A stretch of DNA of 64,000 bases from the NCBI GenBank assembly GCA_016748015.1, contig JAAOMT010000201.1, positions 124,001 through 188,000 on the forward strand, written 5' to 3'. Position 1 is the first letter of the stretch. Each line of letters begins with the position of its first letter. Source of the DNA: Geosiphon pyriformis uo1. Taxonomy: Eukaryota; Fungi; Glomeromycota. Both the position numbers and the translations under genes were made by a program. Positions 24,922 through 38,000 of this stretch are shown here, piece after piece. The notes beneath the pieces are model-generated. The model saw only the letters and a list, made by a program, of their open reading frames with translations. It did no database searches and was not told the origin of the DNA.

Positions 24922-25691
24922 ATGGACCTTTTAGACAAAATTTTAAAATTATCTAAACAATTATTTAACAAAATTCAAAAATCTATATCTCAAATAGAAA
25001 TTATAATCAATAAAAAAGAGATAAGATATAGAAATAATAAAAAAAGAGGGATGGGTGAAAGTTTAACTAAAACTAACTATTCTTATTCCTACACTTCACC
25101 CAGAAAGAAAATTTTACAAAAAAGAATAAAATATACTTCTTAGGCAGAACATAGAAAAAAAAGAAGGGAGGAAGAAGAAGAAGTGAAAAAATTAGATAGA
25201 AAACAAAAACAATTATATACAACATACTTGGCTTTTAAGCTAGAAAAAATTAAAGAATCTTTAGCTCATGGGACCGAACTTCCCAAAACAGGGAAGTGAA
25301 CACCAGACAATGCCCAGGAGGGGAAAAAAAACTCCCTCTAATATATTGGTTTTACAAAATTGAAGAACAACTAGACTTAAAAAACCCATACAGAGACTAC
25401 AACCAGAAAACTTTCAACAAAAAAGCAATGTGACAAGTAGAAGAATTCATAGGAAGGAGCAATCTGACACTACACTACAAGGCAGCATGTCAATTATACA
25501 TCACTTTTCAACATTGTTCAAACATACTATTGGATAGATCATTGAAAAAGATAACAGTTAACAACATAAGATGAATAACCAATTAACAGTTCGAAAATCT
25601 ACAAAAAGCCATAGTTGACATAATTATTGAACATTACATAAACAAAATTCTATTAACAGACATAACTGACTTTGCAGGAGCTTAATATTAA
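24922..25691 (+). pseudogene. B1 ORF3 remnant (divergent, longer variant)
   Basis: MDLLDKILKLSKQLF..IEIIINKKEIRY, YWFYKI, KAACQLYITF, ends DFAGA*Y* at the PPT. Confidence 0.75.
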
Positions 25692-25715
25692 AAAAAGAGG
25701 AGATAATGTTACTGG

Positions 25716-26644
25716 TGTTATAAATAATTCTTTGAGGTGTCGAGTAAATAACAAACCCATAACTTGGTGCTTAAAGTAATTAGTGCGTATGATAATCTGA
25801 AGATATTTTATCTGAAGGTTTTCCAATTGAGTTTTTTGTATAATGGACAGAGATTCAATGGTAACAGTTTATTAATAGTTTTTTGGAACCATAGTTTTGT
25901 TGATTGCTTGTTCAGCTTGATGGTTGATGATTCTCCTGGTACAATATCCTCCGTAAGTGTATACCAGTGCTGTTTTCTGATGTCAGTTCCTCTGTAAGTT
26001 CTCCAAAAGTAAGTATTGTTTAAGCAAGTTTATTCCTCTGTAAGTCTTCTAAAAGTAAGTATTGTTTTAAGTAAGTTTTATTTCTCTGTAAGTCCTCCAA
26101 GAGTAAATCTTTTAATCAAGTTAGTAGACAACAAAGAAAATAAAGAAAAGATAAAAAAGAAAATAAGAAATAAGCCAAGGTGAGTTGCAAGTTAGTATTC
26201 TGTCAATAGCCATGATCAAAAACTATTGTTCCAGTATAATTAAGTATCAGTTACTATTAACATGAAGTGTTAATAGTGAAAAATAAATTTGATCTAGTGA
26301 ATAATTATTTATTTGAGAATTGTGGTAACTAAGCTAAGAATTTTTGGTGTTGATTCTGTTTTTTCTGCTTCTACCACTACTGCTATATATACATATTTGA
26401 GATTCCTCAATTCTTTAATCTCTTGTGACAGGAATTCTGGAATTTCTGGAATCCTGCAATTTTTGATGAGAAGAATCCTGGAATTCTGAAATCCTGCAAT
26501 TCCTTGCCGGAGAATCCTGAAGTTTCTGGAATCCTGGAATTCCTTTGAGAGGAATCCTGGAATTCCATATTTACTATGTCTACTTCTGATTGGCTAATCT
26601 TTACTTGCTAATAATAATATACTTCCTTTATTCTATGAGTAACA
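25716..26644 (-). repeat. B3 3' LTR
   Basis: U3 GGAATTCC-type array ~26400-26566; U5 ~45-bp triple repeat ~25988-26105. Confidence 0.92.
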
Positions 26645-26657
26645 TTATTCCCTCTTT

Positions 26658-27270
26658 TTAATATTGAGCTCTGTCAAAATCTAACTCTTTTAATTCCCCC
26701 TCTTGAATTATTTTTTGAACTTTTTTTTCGAGTATTGCTTGTGTTATTTGAGTTTGTAATTCTTCAAATTGGGTGTTGGTCATTTTCCCCAATTGATTAC
26801 TTGTAATTGTATCTATTGCTGTGTTGAGTAAGATTTCTGGTCAGTCTTAAAATCTTATATATAGCTGGTAAATGGCTCGAGCTTGTGTAGTTAGATTGTT
26901 CTTTCTCACAAATTGTTCCAGTTGTCTCAGTATTGTTGTGTCAAATAACCATTTTGTTTTATCAGTGTACAAATTCTGGATATTTATGTGTTGTTCCAAG
27001 TGAAAATGACAATAGTTTTTCGGGAATTGTTGCATCCACCAAGTCCAAGTTTCTCTGGTAAGTTCTTGGTGTAATCTGACTATTTATTGTTCTTTCATGG
27101 CCAATTTTACTTTGGTTATGATCTTGTCAACAACATTTTCGAGTTTTTTCTGTACTTTGTGTTGTGATATCCTTGCAGTACTTTTGTATTGAATAGTTTG
27201 TTGATTGATTGTAATTTCCATCTCCTGGTGTTGGATTAATTGAAAGACTTGTTGTGCTAATGAATGCCAT
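26658..27270 (-). pseudogene. B3 ORF3 remnant
   Basis: NYCHFHLEQH..RKNNLTTQARAIYQLY..DFDRAQY*; close to B4 ORF3. Confidence 0.8.
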
Positions 27271-27327
27271 TTTTCTGTATTTTTTTCTTGTCATGTTGAC
27301 CATGTCTTTATATATTCTTTCTGTCAA

Positions 27328-28710
27328 TCAATTAGATGTGTTGTTATCAATGATGATAATTGGTTTCAGATCTCATGGAATCTCATCTGGTTGGACTAGT
27401 ATTCTCTGTACTCCCAGTTGTGGAATATTACTAGTGGATGATAATGCTATATGGTGGTATGGTTTCAGTCGATCTCCATGTACTGCTTTGGTTAAGATTT
27501 TGTTATTCAACCTTAATTTGTAAGCTTTATTTCCTAGAATTTCTTCTATGTGAAATGGTCTGTCCCATTTGGGGTCAAATTTTCCATTCTATTGTTTTTC
27601 TGCTTTGGTATAATGTAATAGTACTTTGTCTCCAATCTTGAATTCAACTGGTTTATCTAGTAGTTGGTTATCATGTCTTTCTTTTTGTTTCTCTTGTGAT
27701 CTTTGTATGTTATCAGCTGCTCTCCGTCATTTGTTTTCTAATGTTTCTATTAAGTCATATGTTTTTCTTAACAATGTGTTTTTGAAATTTTCTTCTGTTA
27801 TTGGTTTGGTTGGATATGTGCTGACTTCTATTTCCACTGGTAGTATTGCTGTTCTACCATATACTAATTCAAATGGTATTGCTTGTGTAGTATCTTGTTT
27901 TATTGTCTGATAAGCAAATAATACTGATAGTATCAACAAATCCCAATCATTCTGGTTTTCTTGGCTGAGCTTAGCTATTGCTTTATACAATGTTCTGTTG
28001 AATCTTTCGACTAATCTGTTGGTTTGTGGATGGTATGGTGATGATAATGGTCTCTTAATTCCGAATCTTTGGCTTAATTCTGTTAATGTTCTGTTCACAA
28101 AATGAGTTCCTTAGTCTGATAATAATTCTTTTGGACATTCATGTTGACAAATCAAATCCTGATGAATGAATTTGGCAATGAATTCTGCATTCACTCTTTG
28201 AATTGCTTTTGCTTCTGGCCATTTGGTAAGATAGTTCATGGCTACTGTAATATATCTGTTGCCTCTGTTGGTTATTGTTAATGATCTGACTAAGTCAATT
28301 CCAATGCAATCAAATGGTTATTCTACTTTGATTGGTCTTAATGGTTCACTGGGTTTTGTTCTTCCTCTTTTTTGACAAGCATCACAATTTTGAACATATT
28401 AGATGATGTCTAAATACATTGATAGTCAATAGTATCTTTTTTTGGTTCTTTTCATGATTGCTTCTTTGTAAAAGTGTTTTGCTGTTGGATTTGAGTGCAT
28501 GTTGAATAATATTGTCTTTTTTTCTGGCTCTGTAATTACTCTGGTTGGTTGATCTAGATCTCTTCTATTTTTTTGATAAAGTATATTTTAGTGAGTGATA
28601 AAATATTTTAATTGTTGTTTGATACTCTTTTGTTCCATTTGAGATAAATTCTCCTTGAACTGTTGAGTGTTTATATAATGTTGAAGTTGTTGATATTTTT
28701 GTATGTTTAT
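27328..28710 (-). pseudogene. B3 integrase (separate ORF)
   Basis: YHPQTNRLVERFNRTL (ORF 27727..28098), HHCC region. Confidence 0.9.
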
Positions 28711-28772
28711 TTTTTGTTATATTTTTCGTTGGTATTGTTCTGGTTTTGTTATATTTTTGGGTTAAAATGTTC

Positions 28773-31700
28773 TTAGATTTGTCTTATTTATGGCAAACTG
28801 TCGGCATTTCCATTGTCTTTTCCTTTCTTATAGTGTATAGTATAAGTATATTGTGAGAGTGCCATTTTCTATCTGGATTGGTGGCCGTCATCAAATTTTT
28901 GCTTTTGAAGTAATATTAACTCTTTATAATCTGTGTATATATCAAACTTTTGGTTCAAGTATTCATTCCACTTCATGACTGCCCAATAGATTGCTAAATG
29001 TTCTAGTTCTGGTGTTCCATAGTTCTTTTCGGCTGATGTTAGACCTTGGCTGGCATATGCTACTGGATGTTCTCTGTCATCTGGTCCCTTCTAAGATAGT
29101 ACTGCTCCCAATGCTTGGCCTGATGCATTGGTGATAATGATGAATGGTTTGTTGTGATCTGGGTAAATCAGTACTGGAGCTTGAATGAGCTTTCTTTTTA
29201 GAATATCAAAAGCTTTTTGTTAACTTTCTGTCCATTCATATTTTGTATTCTTTGTTTGCAGATTATTGAGTGGTTGAGCTATCTTTGAAAAGTTCTTTAT
29301 AAAGCATCGATAATAGCTTGCAAATCCCAAGAATGATTTCAATTCAGTTACATTGGTTGGTACTGGAAAGTTTTTTACAATTTTTATTTTTTCTGAGTCC
29401 ATTTTGATGCCATCTTTGCTGACTATGTGTCCCAAGAATTTTAGTTTTGTCTTGTTAAAGAAGCACTTTGTTGCATTTAATTTTAGTCCTGTTCTTTTTA
29501 GCCTTTTGAACACTTGTTGAAGATAATAAAAATGATCATCAAATGTTTTTGAGAATACATTGGTGTTGTCTAAGTATACAACTACTGATTTTCACAATAA
29601 GCCAGTATAAACAATTTCTATTAGTCATTGGAAAGTAGCTGGGGCATTGGTTAAGCCAAAGAGCATTACTTCAAATTTGAAATTCTCTTTTCTAGTGATG
29701 AATACCATCTTTTCTTTGTCGGTTGAATTCATGGCTATTTGCCAGTAACTACTGTTTAAGTCTAATGTTGAGAACCATTTGTTTCTGCTGAAAGCATCAA
29801 ATAATTTTTATATTCTTGGGGTTGGATAGCTGTCTCTATGAGTTATACCATTGAGTTTCCTGTAGTTCACACAAAATCAGATTTTTTTATTTTTCTTTCA
29901 GATGAGTACCACTGGTGATGACCATGGGCTCATTGATGATTGAATTAGCCTGTTGTTAAGCATTTAGTTTATCTCTTAACAAATGATCTTATGGCTAGCT
30001 GGTGGTACTCTGTATGTTCTTTGTTTAATTGGCATTGCATTTCCAGTCTTGATCTAATGCTGAATAATGTCAGTTCAGCCAAACTCGTTTTCACTGGCAA
30101 AGATGTCATTGAAATTGTTGAGCAACATCTTGAGCTACATATGTTGAAGTGGATTTAAGTTTCCCATGTTCATTTGTTCCAATTGCTCTGGTTGAAGCAA
30201 ATAACATTTGCTTCGTCCATATATTGTTTGTAATGTAATATTGACATATCCACAAAGCTATAGAAAGTCTGGAATGGTGCTTGGTGGTTGATCCTCTATT
30301 TCAGTGCTTAAGTATCCAATAGTGGTTCTGGCTGGTATTACTATAACATTTTTTGTGTTATTGTAGATGGGAATTTTGATGTGGCTGTAATCTTTGACTA
30401 GTATATAGAGATTGATGAGTCCAATCTCTCCTGATTCACAAAAAGTTGGTTCTGCTTCAAAAATCTGATTCTGTTCTTTTAATTCCTGTTTTATTCCTAC
30501 CATGTACTGGCCATATGGTGGAATAGAAATTGCTTGACCTGTTGAGATAATTTCTCCTTGGTTAACAATTTTTTCTTTTGCCATATTGACTAGTACATCT
30601 ATTCTATCTGTTGATCCAAATCTCTGTATTCCTCTTGCTATTATCCCTAATTCCTTCCTATTTCCCACTAATACTAACTGAGCTATTTTCACCAGAGGCA
30701 GGAATATTGCCTGTGCTATCTTTTTATTTGGCTCTATGATATAGGTCTTTTTAGAATCATTTTGTAGTATAGCAATAATATTTCTTACATATCCTGCATC
30801 AATTATTTCTCTTCTTATATTAATTCCTCTTTTTGCTAAACTACTCCTAAATGCTAGTTGAACTATTGTTGTTGCTGGAATTTCCAGTGCTACTTTCAGA
30901 TCTATGCAGATGCACGAATGTGGTTCCAATTTTATAACATCTTTTCCAGAATATCTCAGATCAAACCCAGCATCAGTATTGTACGCACGTTTTGGCATGA
31001 TATCCTTATCATTATTGCTGAACCATTTTAGTTTCTGCTTCTTGGTAAGGTCAGGAAGCATGATATATTGTTTGTAGTTTGAATTAGGGTTTGAATCAGA
31101 GTTGTTTTCATTGCTATTTTGAACAGAGTTGGAACTGGTGTTTTTGTCGTCGTCACTGTTGGAGTTTGAATCAGGATTAAACACTGATTCCAATTCAGAT
31201 GCACAGATGCTAATTGGTTTCTTTTTCTCTGGGATTGTGTAGATCATGCATAGTGGTGGATTGTAGATGAGGTCACACTCATCACAATATTGAAAGTCAC
31301 ATGGGATCAAGCAATGGTCACATAATCAGGTGTTGATTTCTTCCAATCATTGCTTTTGTTCTTCTCTGGTGGGGACTAGATTCTGATAGTGTTCATAGAA
31401 TTCTTCTGGGCTGTTTTTTAAGTCTAGAAAGACATCTGGGTTGAGAACCAAAACAATGTCTGTTGGTTTTGGAGGGTTGTTTTTGATCTCCAAAATTTCA
31501 TTAGGTGAAGCATCTTCCACTTTGGCATTGGCTATTCGCCAGATCTCGTCTTTGTTGTGTGGGTATTCTTCTAAATGAGAGATTGCTCGGTGCCAGGCTG
31601 CTGTTATGAGCATGCCACGACTTACCCAGTTACTGATGAGGATTGTGTACTGACATGAAGCATCACACATTCTTCCTCGACCAAGAATGTCATTCCATAT

Positions 31701-34079
31701 TTCTTCATTGAGTAGTTGCTTGCCACAAGTGAGACATAGTTTGTTGTCCTACTTGCCTTGTTGTTTTGGGTAGCCATAGCATTCTCTATAGTAAGGTTTG
31801 CAATAATAGTGGGTTCACATCCAGTGGTTTTTGTCTGGCACAATCCAGGCTCTCATGGAAGAAAGTTTTTTCCCACAGTCTTTGCACTTAAGCAGTATGT
31901 ATGGTGGTTGTGGCAATGGCTCATGAATGAAGTATGAACAAGTCCAGCCACTGGTGGTGTTTTTTGTTGATTTGGTTTCTTCTGGTATGTTGTCTTCTCT
32001 TTCCTTTCCTTTCCTTTTTTCTTCCCAACTTAGTGTAGGTGGCAACTTATTTTGGTTGTCATCAATCCAAGTGCCAATGGTGGTTTCCCAGATATGTTTT
32101 TTTTTCTGCTTTCCTTTTTCATAGTCGTCTTTATCTTAGGCAAATATGGGCAGCAGTTCATTGTGGTTAACGTCAGTCCATGAAACCTGATACGCTTTCC
32201 ATGTTGGTTTCTTTGCTTCCTCCTCAAATTCGATCAGTGGCTACAAATTGGTTGGTTTAAAGTGACCACATACTGTTGGTGCCCAAGTATGTTGACTGTT
32301 TTGGCTCAGTTGAAGCTCTTGTGTCATCCAATCGAATACAGCATTTGTTTTGGATAGCCAATCATTTCCAATAAGAGCTTGGTACTGAATGGCTTCCATT
32401 ACAAGGACTTTGATGGGTACTGTAATGCTGTTAATTTTGATAAGTAGGTTGTCTATTTCGCCTATTGGAGTTTTGGTTACTCCATTAGCTGTAATAATCC
32501 TTGCACTGGCAGCTTGATCAACTCAGTGACCTAATTGATCCATGAGTTGCTTTGTTATAATGCTGCCAGCTGATCCACTATCTAAGATCAGTTTGATGGC
32601 ATGGCCATTGATTTTGGCATCCGTATACATGACAGTGATTGGCTTTTCTTTAAAAGCTGCTCCACTAAACAACAGGATTTCAATTATTTCTTCCAAGTCA
32701 AAGGAAAAAATGGCCATGAGCAATTTGTTGTTGGTGACAGTTGTTAGTAGTATGTTGCTGGTAAGTTTTTGGATTGAATTGGTTTCTGGGTTGCTGGGTG
32801 TGGCGTCTTCTGGTGTAACCAGGAGACTTAAATAGTTCTGGAAATTTGGGTTTTGGGTGACACCGGTATCTGAATTCCGAGAACACAATCCTGATGGTAT
32901 ATTGAAAAAACTGAGAATCAGTTGGTGGACAACCATCACCAATCTCCAGTTTTGCTGTGTTATTTTCAGTCTTTGGGTTCTATGTTGAGGTAAGTTTTGG
33001 GGTGGTGTTTGAATGGTTTGAGGTTAATAGATTACTTGTGGCTGTGGTGGATATATTACAAATGGCTGCAGTTGATATATTGCTGGTGGCTACAATTGAT
33101 AAACTGGGGTCTGATATACTGGTGCTTGATAAATTGGCTGCTGCATCATTGGCAGGTAAGTGTTTTAGTATTAATCTTGATTTTGATATTGATTCTGGGT
33201 TTGGAATCAGGGATTGGGGTTTTAATGTTGATTTCTCAATTGTCGGTTATAAGCATTGCAGTTGGCTCTTATGTGACTTTGTTTACCACAGTTGTGGTAG
33301 ACAAGTGCTTTCTACTGCCATGGTTAATTAATTGATGATGATCAACATGCTTGATTTTGGAAATGATTGGTGTTTCCCTGATTACTGCATCTTTGGAGAG
33401 GTTGATAAATGGTTTGATGGTTGTTAGCTAAGTATCTCTCGATTTTTTGATTAATGGTATTACTGATTTGCTTCAATTTGGAATCCAAATCAGATGATCC
33501 ATTCATTACTAAATTTACAGCTTGAGTGTGGTTGGCCTCTAGCTCAGCTGATTTGAAATCTCTGGCGTGTGTGACTGCAGCTTAAAGGTTGGCTGGATGT
33601 AATAGGTGTATGTGCTGCAAAATGCTATTGCACAGACCACAAATAAACTGGTTGAGGATCTGAGGTTCTATGAAATACACGGTATCAATGGCTTGAATTT
33701 GGTGTAAGACTCTATAAAAGTGTCTTAGGTATGTTGTGACTGCTTCAGTATTATTCTGTTTGATTGTGGTGAAAGTATTGGCTAGACAATTAATACTGTT
33801 ATTGTTGCTAAAATATCCCAGAAAGACAGTTTTGAATTATTAGAATGCTTGTGGTCTGGTGGCTAAACTCTGGTACTAAAAATTGGCAGTTTCTTTGAAA
33901 AAGTATGGTATCACCTGTAGGGCTCTGATGTCATTCCAATTGTTCACTATGATGGCCTTGGAGACATCATTGATATATGCTTGAGTGTTATCTTCTTTGC
34001 CAGTAAAGTTTTCTAACTTTGTGATGGATGCATAGACTATTTGGTTTATATTTAGTTGTTGTTGTGATGGCTGTAATGG
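28773..34079 (-). pseudogene. B3 capsid-PR-Cys-rich-dUTPase-RT-RNase H
   Basis: ORF 30258..31310 with AGFDL, RSSLA, IIDAGY, KIAQ, RGIQRFGST; LILDSGSAGS; RT/RH motifs; TAA at 28775-28773. Confidence 0.92.
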
Positions 34080-34957
34080 TGTTACTCATAGAAATATAGA
34101 AAATATATTAGCATGATTATTAGCCAATCAGAAGTAGGCATAGTAAATATGGAATTTCAAGATTTCTCTTAGGAATTGCAGGATTCCAGGAATTTCAGGA
34201 TTCTCCAACAAAGAATCGCAGAATTCCAGAATTTCAGAATTCCTCTCAAAGGAATCGCAGGATTCCAGGAATTCCAGGATTCCTGTTATGAAGAATCGAG
34301 GAATTGAGGAATCTTAATTATGTATATATAGCAATAGGATTAGAAGCTGAAAAAGCAGATCTTTCAGTTTAGATTTGATCTAAGCAATTTTTCAGTTCCC
34401 AATTATCAAATAAATAATTATTTTATACCTCAATCTACTCTCCATTATCAACACTTCATGTTGATAGTAATTGATACTTAAACACACTGGAACAATAGCT
34501 TTTGATTATGGCTATTGATGGGATACTAACTTACCAAATCACTTTGGCTTATTTTTTTTATTTCATTTTCTTTTCTTTCTTTCTTTTTTTTTCTTGCTTC
34601 ATGTTGTTTGTTGTTGTATACTAATTGATTAAAAGATTAAGCACTGAGTTATTGACATTAAAGATAGCCTGGTAAAAGACCCAGAAATAAGAGTAGGATT
34701 TTATATATTATCAGATAGCTTACCAAAAAGGCATGACTGCCAGACTAAATCCGGCCACCACGCTGAAAAAGAAATTGGAAAAACAACTTGAGAATACAAC
34801 TTCTATTAACCTTATTAAATCTTTGTTCATTATACAAAGGACTCCATCAAAACCTTCAGATACAACACTTTCAGAATATCATCGATGGAAATAGCTTTTG
34901 AGCACCAAGTTATGGGTTTGTTAATTAACCAGAGATCCCAAGAATTCAAGTATAACA
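34080..34957 (+). repeat. B4 5' LTR
   Basis: TGTTAC...TATAACA; GGAATTCCAGGA repeats ~34151-34313; TATATATA 34323-34330. Confidence 0.93.
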
Positions 34958-35019
34958 TTTGGTGCTCTCTGTGAGGTATAATCCTACAGAGAACCAGCAC
35001 CAACAACACCAAACCAAAA

Positions 35020-38000
35020 GTGGCAGAATCAGAAATAATAGGGACAAACCATTTAGGATTTGCGAAATTCTTATTTCAATAGTACAACCAGCAGCTAAGC
35101 CTAAACAACAACCATTACCCAGCAGAATCAGCTTTCAATTTCTATATCAACAAAAGAATCACTAATTTTCTAGGAAGACCAGTTGACATTGAATCAGCAA
35201 GAGAAAATTTCTATTCGAAACTAATCCAACACACCAACTTACTAAAAAATCACAGCTTTGCACTCATTATCAGAGAAATCAACCAAAAAATTGAAAGATA
35301 TACACAAAAAACATTTTCTATTACTTATCAGGACAAGGGCAAAGGAAAACTACAGACACCAATAGTAACACCCAAAAGAATACAAATTCCTAATTGGAAG
35401 AAACAAAGAATTGAATCTTTGATATATCCATCATACCATCACACGCCCGGAAGTACCATCAACATCGCATCAGCAAATGCATTCACCAGTACAAAGACGT
35501 CACTAGCAAGAATCACATTTCAGAGTAAACAAAAGAAAAACAAACTATTAGGAGCATATGACAATTATTTTGAAGGATTTAAATCAAAATTGCCAACACT
35601 ATTAGAATTTCAATCACCACCTCATCAGCCAGATTTTGGAACCATCAGTCTCTGGGAAATTACTGAATCAGAAGAAAAAAAAGACAAGGATTAGGAATTT
35701 AATTACCAAAACCTGAACATTTAAACTCAACAACATTTAAAAAATTCGGAAATTGAAACTCCAAATATTTGAATCCCACCAAATCAAAGAAATCAAAACC
35801 CTGAGTTAATTTATTAGCAAAATCTACCTCCAGTTATCGTCATCAATTAACCACCAATTGAGCTGATCGGTGAGCCAATTCAGCCATCTCAAGTACCACC
35901 CCAACAACCGTTACCTTTTTAACAACTTCAGCAACAGCCATCACAACCACTCAACTTAGATCCAATGGTCTACGCACCAATCGCAAAACTTGACAACTTT
36001 ACTGGCAAAGAGAATGATGCTTAAGTATGGTTGAATGATGTAGAAAAGACCATCACAGCCAACAGATGGAATAACACCCGAGCAATGCAAGCCATTCCCT
36101 ACTTTCTCAAGGATACCGCCAATTCATAGTACCAGAGCTTGATTAATAAACCACAAGATTTCAATGTCTTCAAAGTGGAATTCCTAAGATACTTCAGCAA
36201 CAATAACAGTATCAATTGCCTAGTCAACATATTCACCACCATGAAACAAGGAGAAACGGAAGCTGTTATCACTTACCTGAGATGTTTTCATCAAAATCTG
36301 CACTAAATTCAAGCAATTGATGCCAACTATTTCACAGCACCACAAATCCTCAACCAGTTTATACGTGGCCTGTGCAGCAGCATCCTGCAACATGTACATC
36401 CATTGCATCTAGGCACACTTCAAGATGCAGTCACATGCGCCAAAGATTTTGAATCCGCTGAGTCAGAGACCAACCACACCCAAGCCATTAATCTAGTAAT
36501 GAACGGATCATCTGAATTGGATTCCAAATTGGAGAAGTTTAGTGAATCAATTAATAAGAGATTAGAAGGATACTTAGCTGACAATCACGCCATTTATCAG
36601 CCTCTACAACAACGCAATAATCAAAGAAACTCTAATCATAGCCAAAATCAACTACGTCCATCTTCATCAACCAATCAACAGTGGTAACAGAAAATGCGTA
36701 TCTGCCACTATTGTGATAAACAAGAACATATTCAAATCAACTGCTGCCAGCATTTAAATAACCAATGATCGGAAAATCAATATCGAAACCCCAATCACTG
36801 GTTCTCAACTCTGAATCATCAATCAAACTCCACACAGTATCAATACTTACCTCATTATGCACCAATGACGCAGCCATCAATTTATCAACCACCAGTGTAT
36901 CAAGCTCCAATTTATCAGCCACAGCCACAGGTAATATATCAACTGCAACCGCCAACAATCTATCAACCCCAAACAATTCAAATCCCATCACAAAACTTAC
37001 TTGACAGTAGAATCTAAAGACCAAGAATTATGCAGCAAAACTGGAGATTGTTGATGGTAATTTATTAGCCAATCCCCAGCTCCTTTAATCAAACAGGATC
37101 TCGTCAATGGAATTCAGGCGCCAGTCATCCCCAAAACCCGAATTTCCAGGACTATTTAAGTCTTCTGGTTACCCCAGAAGATGCCTCACCCAGCAACCAG
37201 GAATCTACCCAAAAACAACAAACACTTACCAGCAATATTCCACCAGCAACAGTCACCAACAACAAATTACTAGCTGCAATCTTCCCATTCGAGATCAAAG
37301 AACCATCAAGTACCCCATTATTTAGTGGAGCCGCTCTCGATGAAAAACCCATTACTGCAATGTACACAGATGCTAAAGTTGATAGTCAATTTATCAAATT
37401 GATCCTTAATAGTGGTTCAGCAGGCAGTATCATCACATGATAACTCATGAACCAATTAGGTTGCCAAGTTGATCAAACTGCCAGCACCAGAATCATCACA
37501 GCCAATGGAGCAACCAAAATTCCAATTGGCAAAATTGATGACTTCTCTTTTGAAGTCAATAGCATTATGACTCCCATTAAAGTTTTAGTGAAAGAAGCCA
37601 CTCAATACCAAGCTTTAGTTGGTAATGACTGGCTATCTAAAGTCAATGCGACATTAGACTGGAACACCCAAGAACTTCAGCTAACATATCAGGGCCAAGA
37701 CATACATGTACTGGCCACATGTGGCCATTTCAAAACTCCTCCAAGAGAGAAACTATTGATCAAACTGGAGGAGGAGAAAGAGAAACCTACCTGGAAAGCT
37801 TACCAAGTCTCCTGGGCTGACACCAACCACAACAAACTACCACTGATACTTTCGTGGAACAACAACTCTAAGGGAAAGCAAAAAGAGGAACTGACCTGGG
37901 AAACAGATGATTTGACCTGAACTGACAACGAACAGGAAGAACCATCGAGTTGGGAGTGGAAAAAAGAAAAGAGAAAAGGAAAAGAAAGGGAGGAAGAAAA

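Noticed and set aside
34151-34313. CRISPR-like array
   Set aside because: Degenerate tandem units inside LTR U3, with no unique spacers and no cas genes
36690-37450. Programmed gag-pol frameshift
   Set aside because: Gag, PR, dUTPase and RT pieces in B4 are all in one frame
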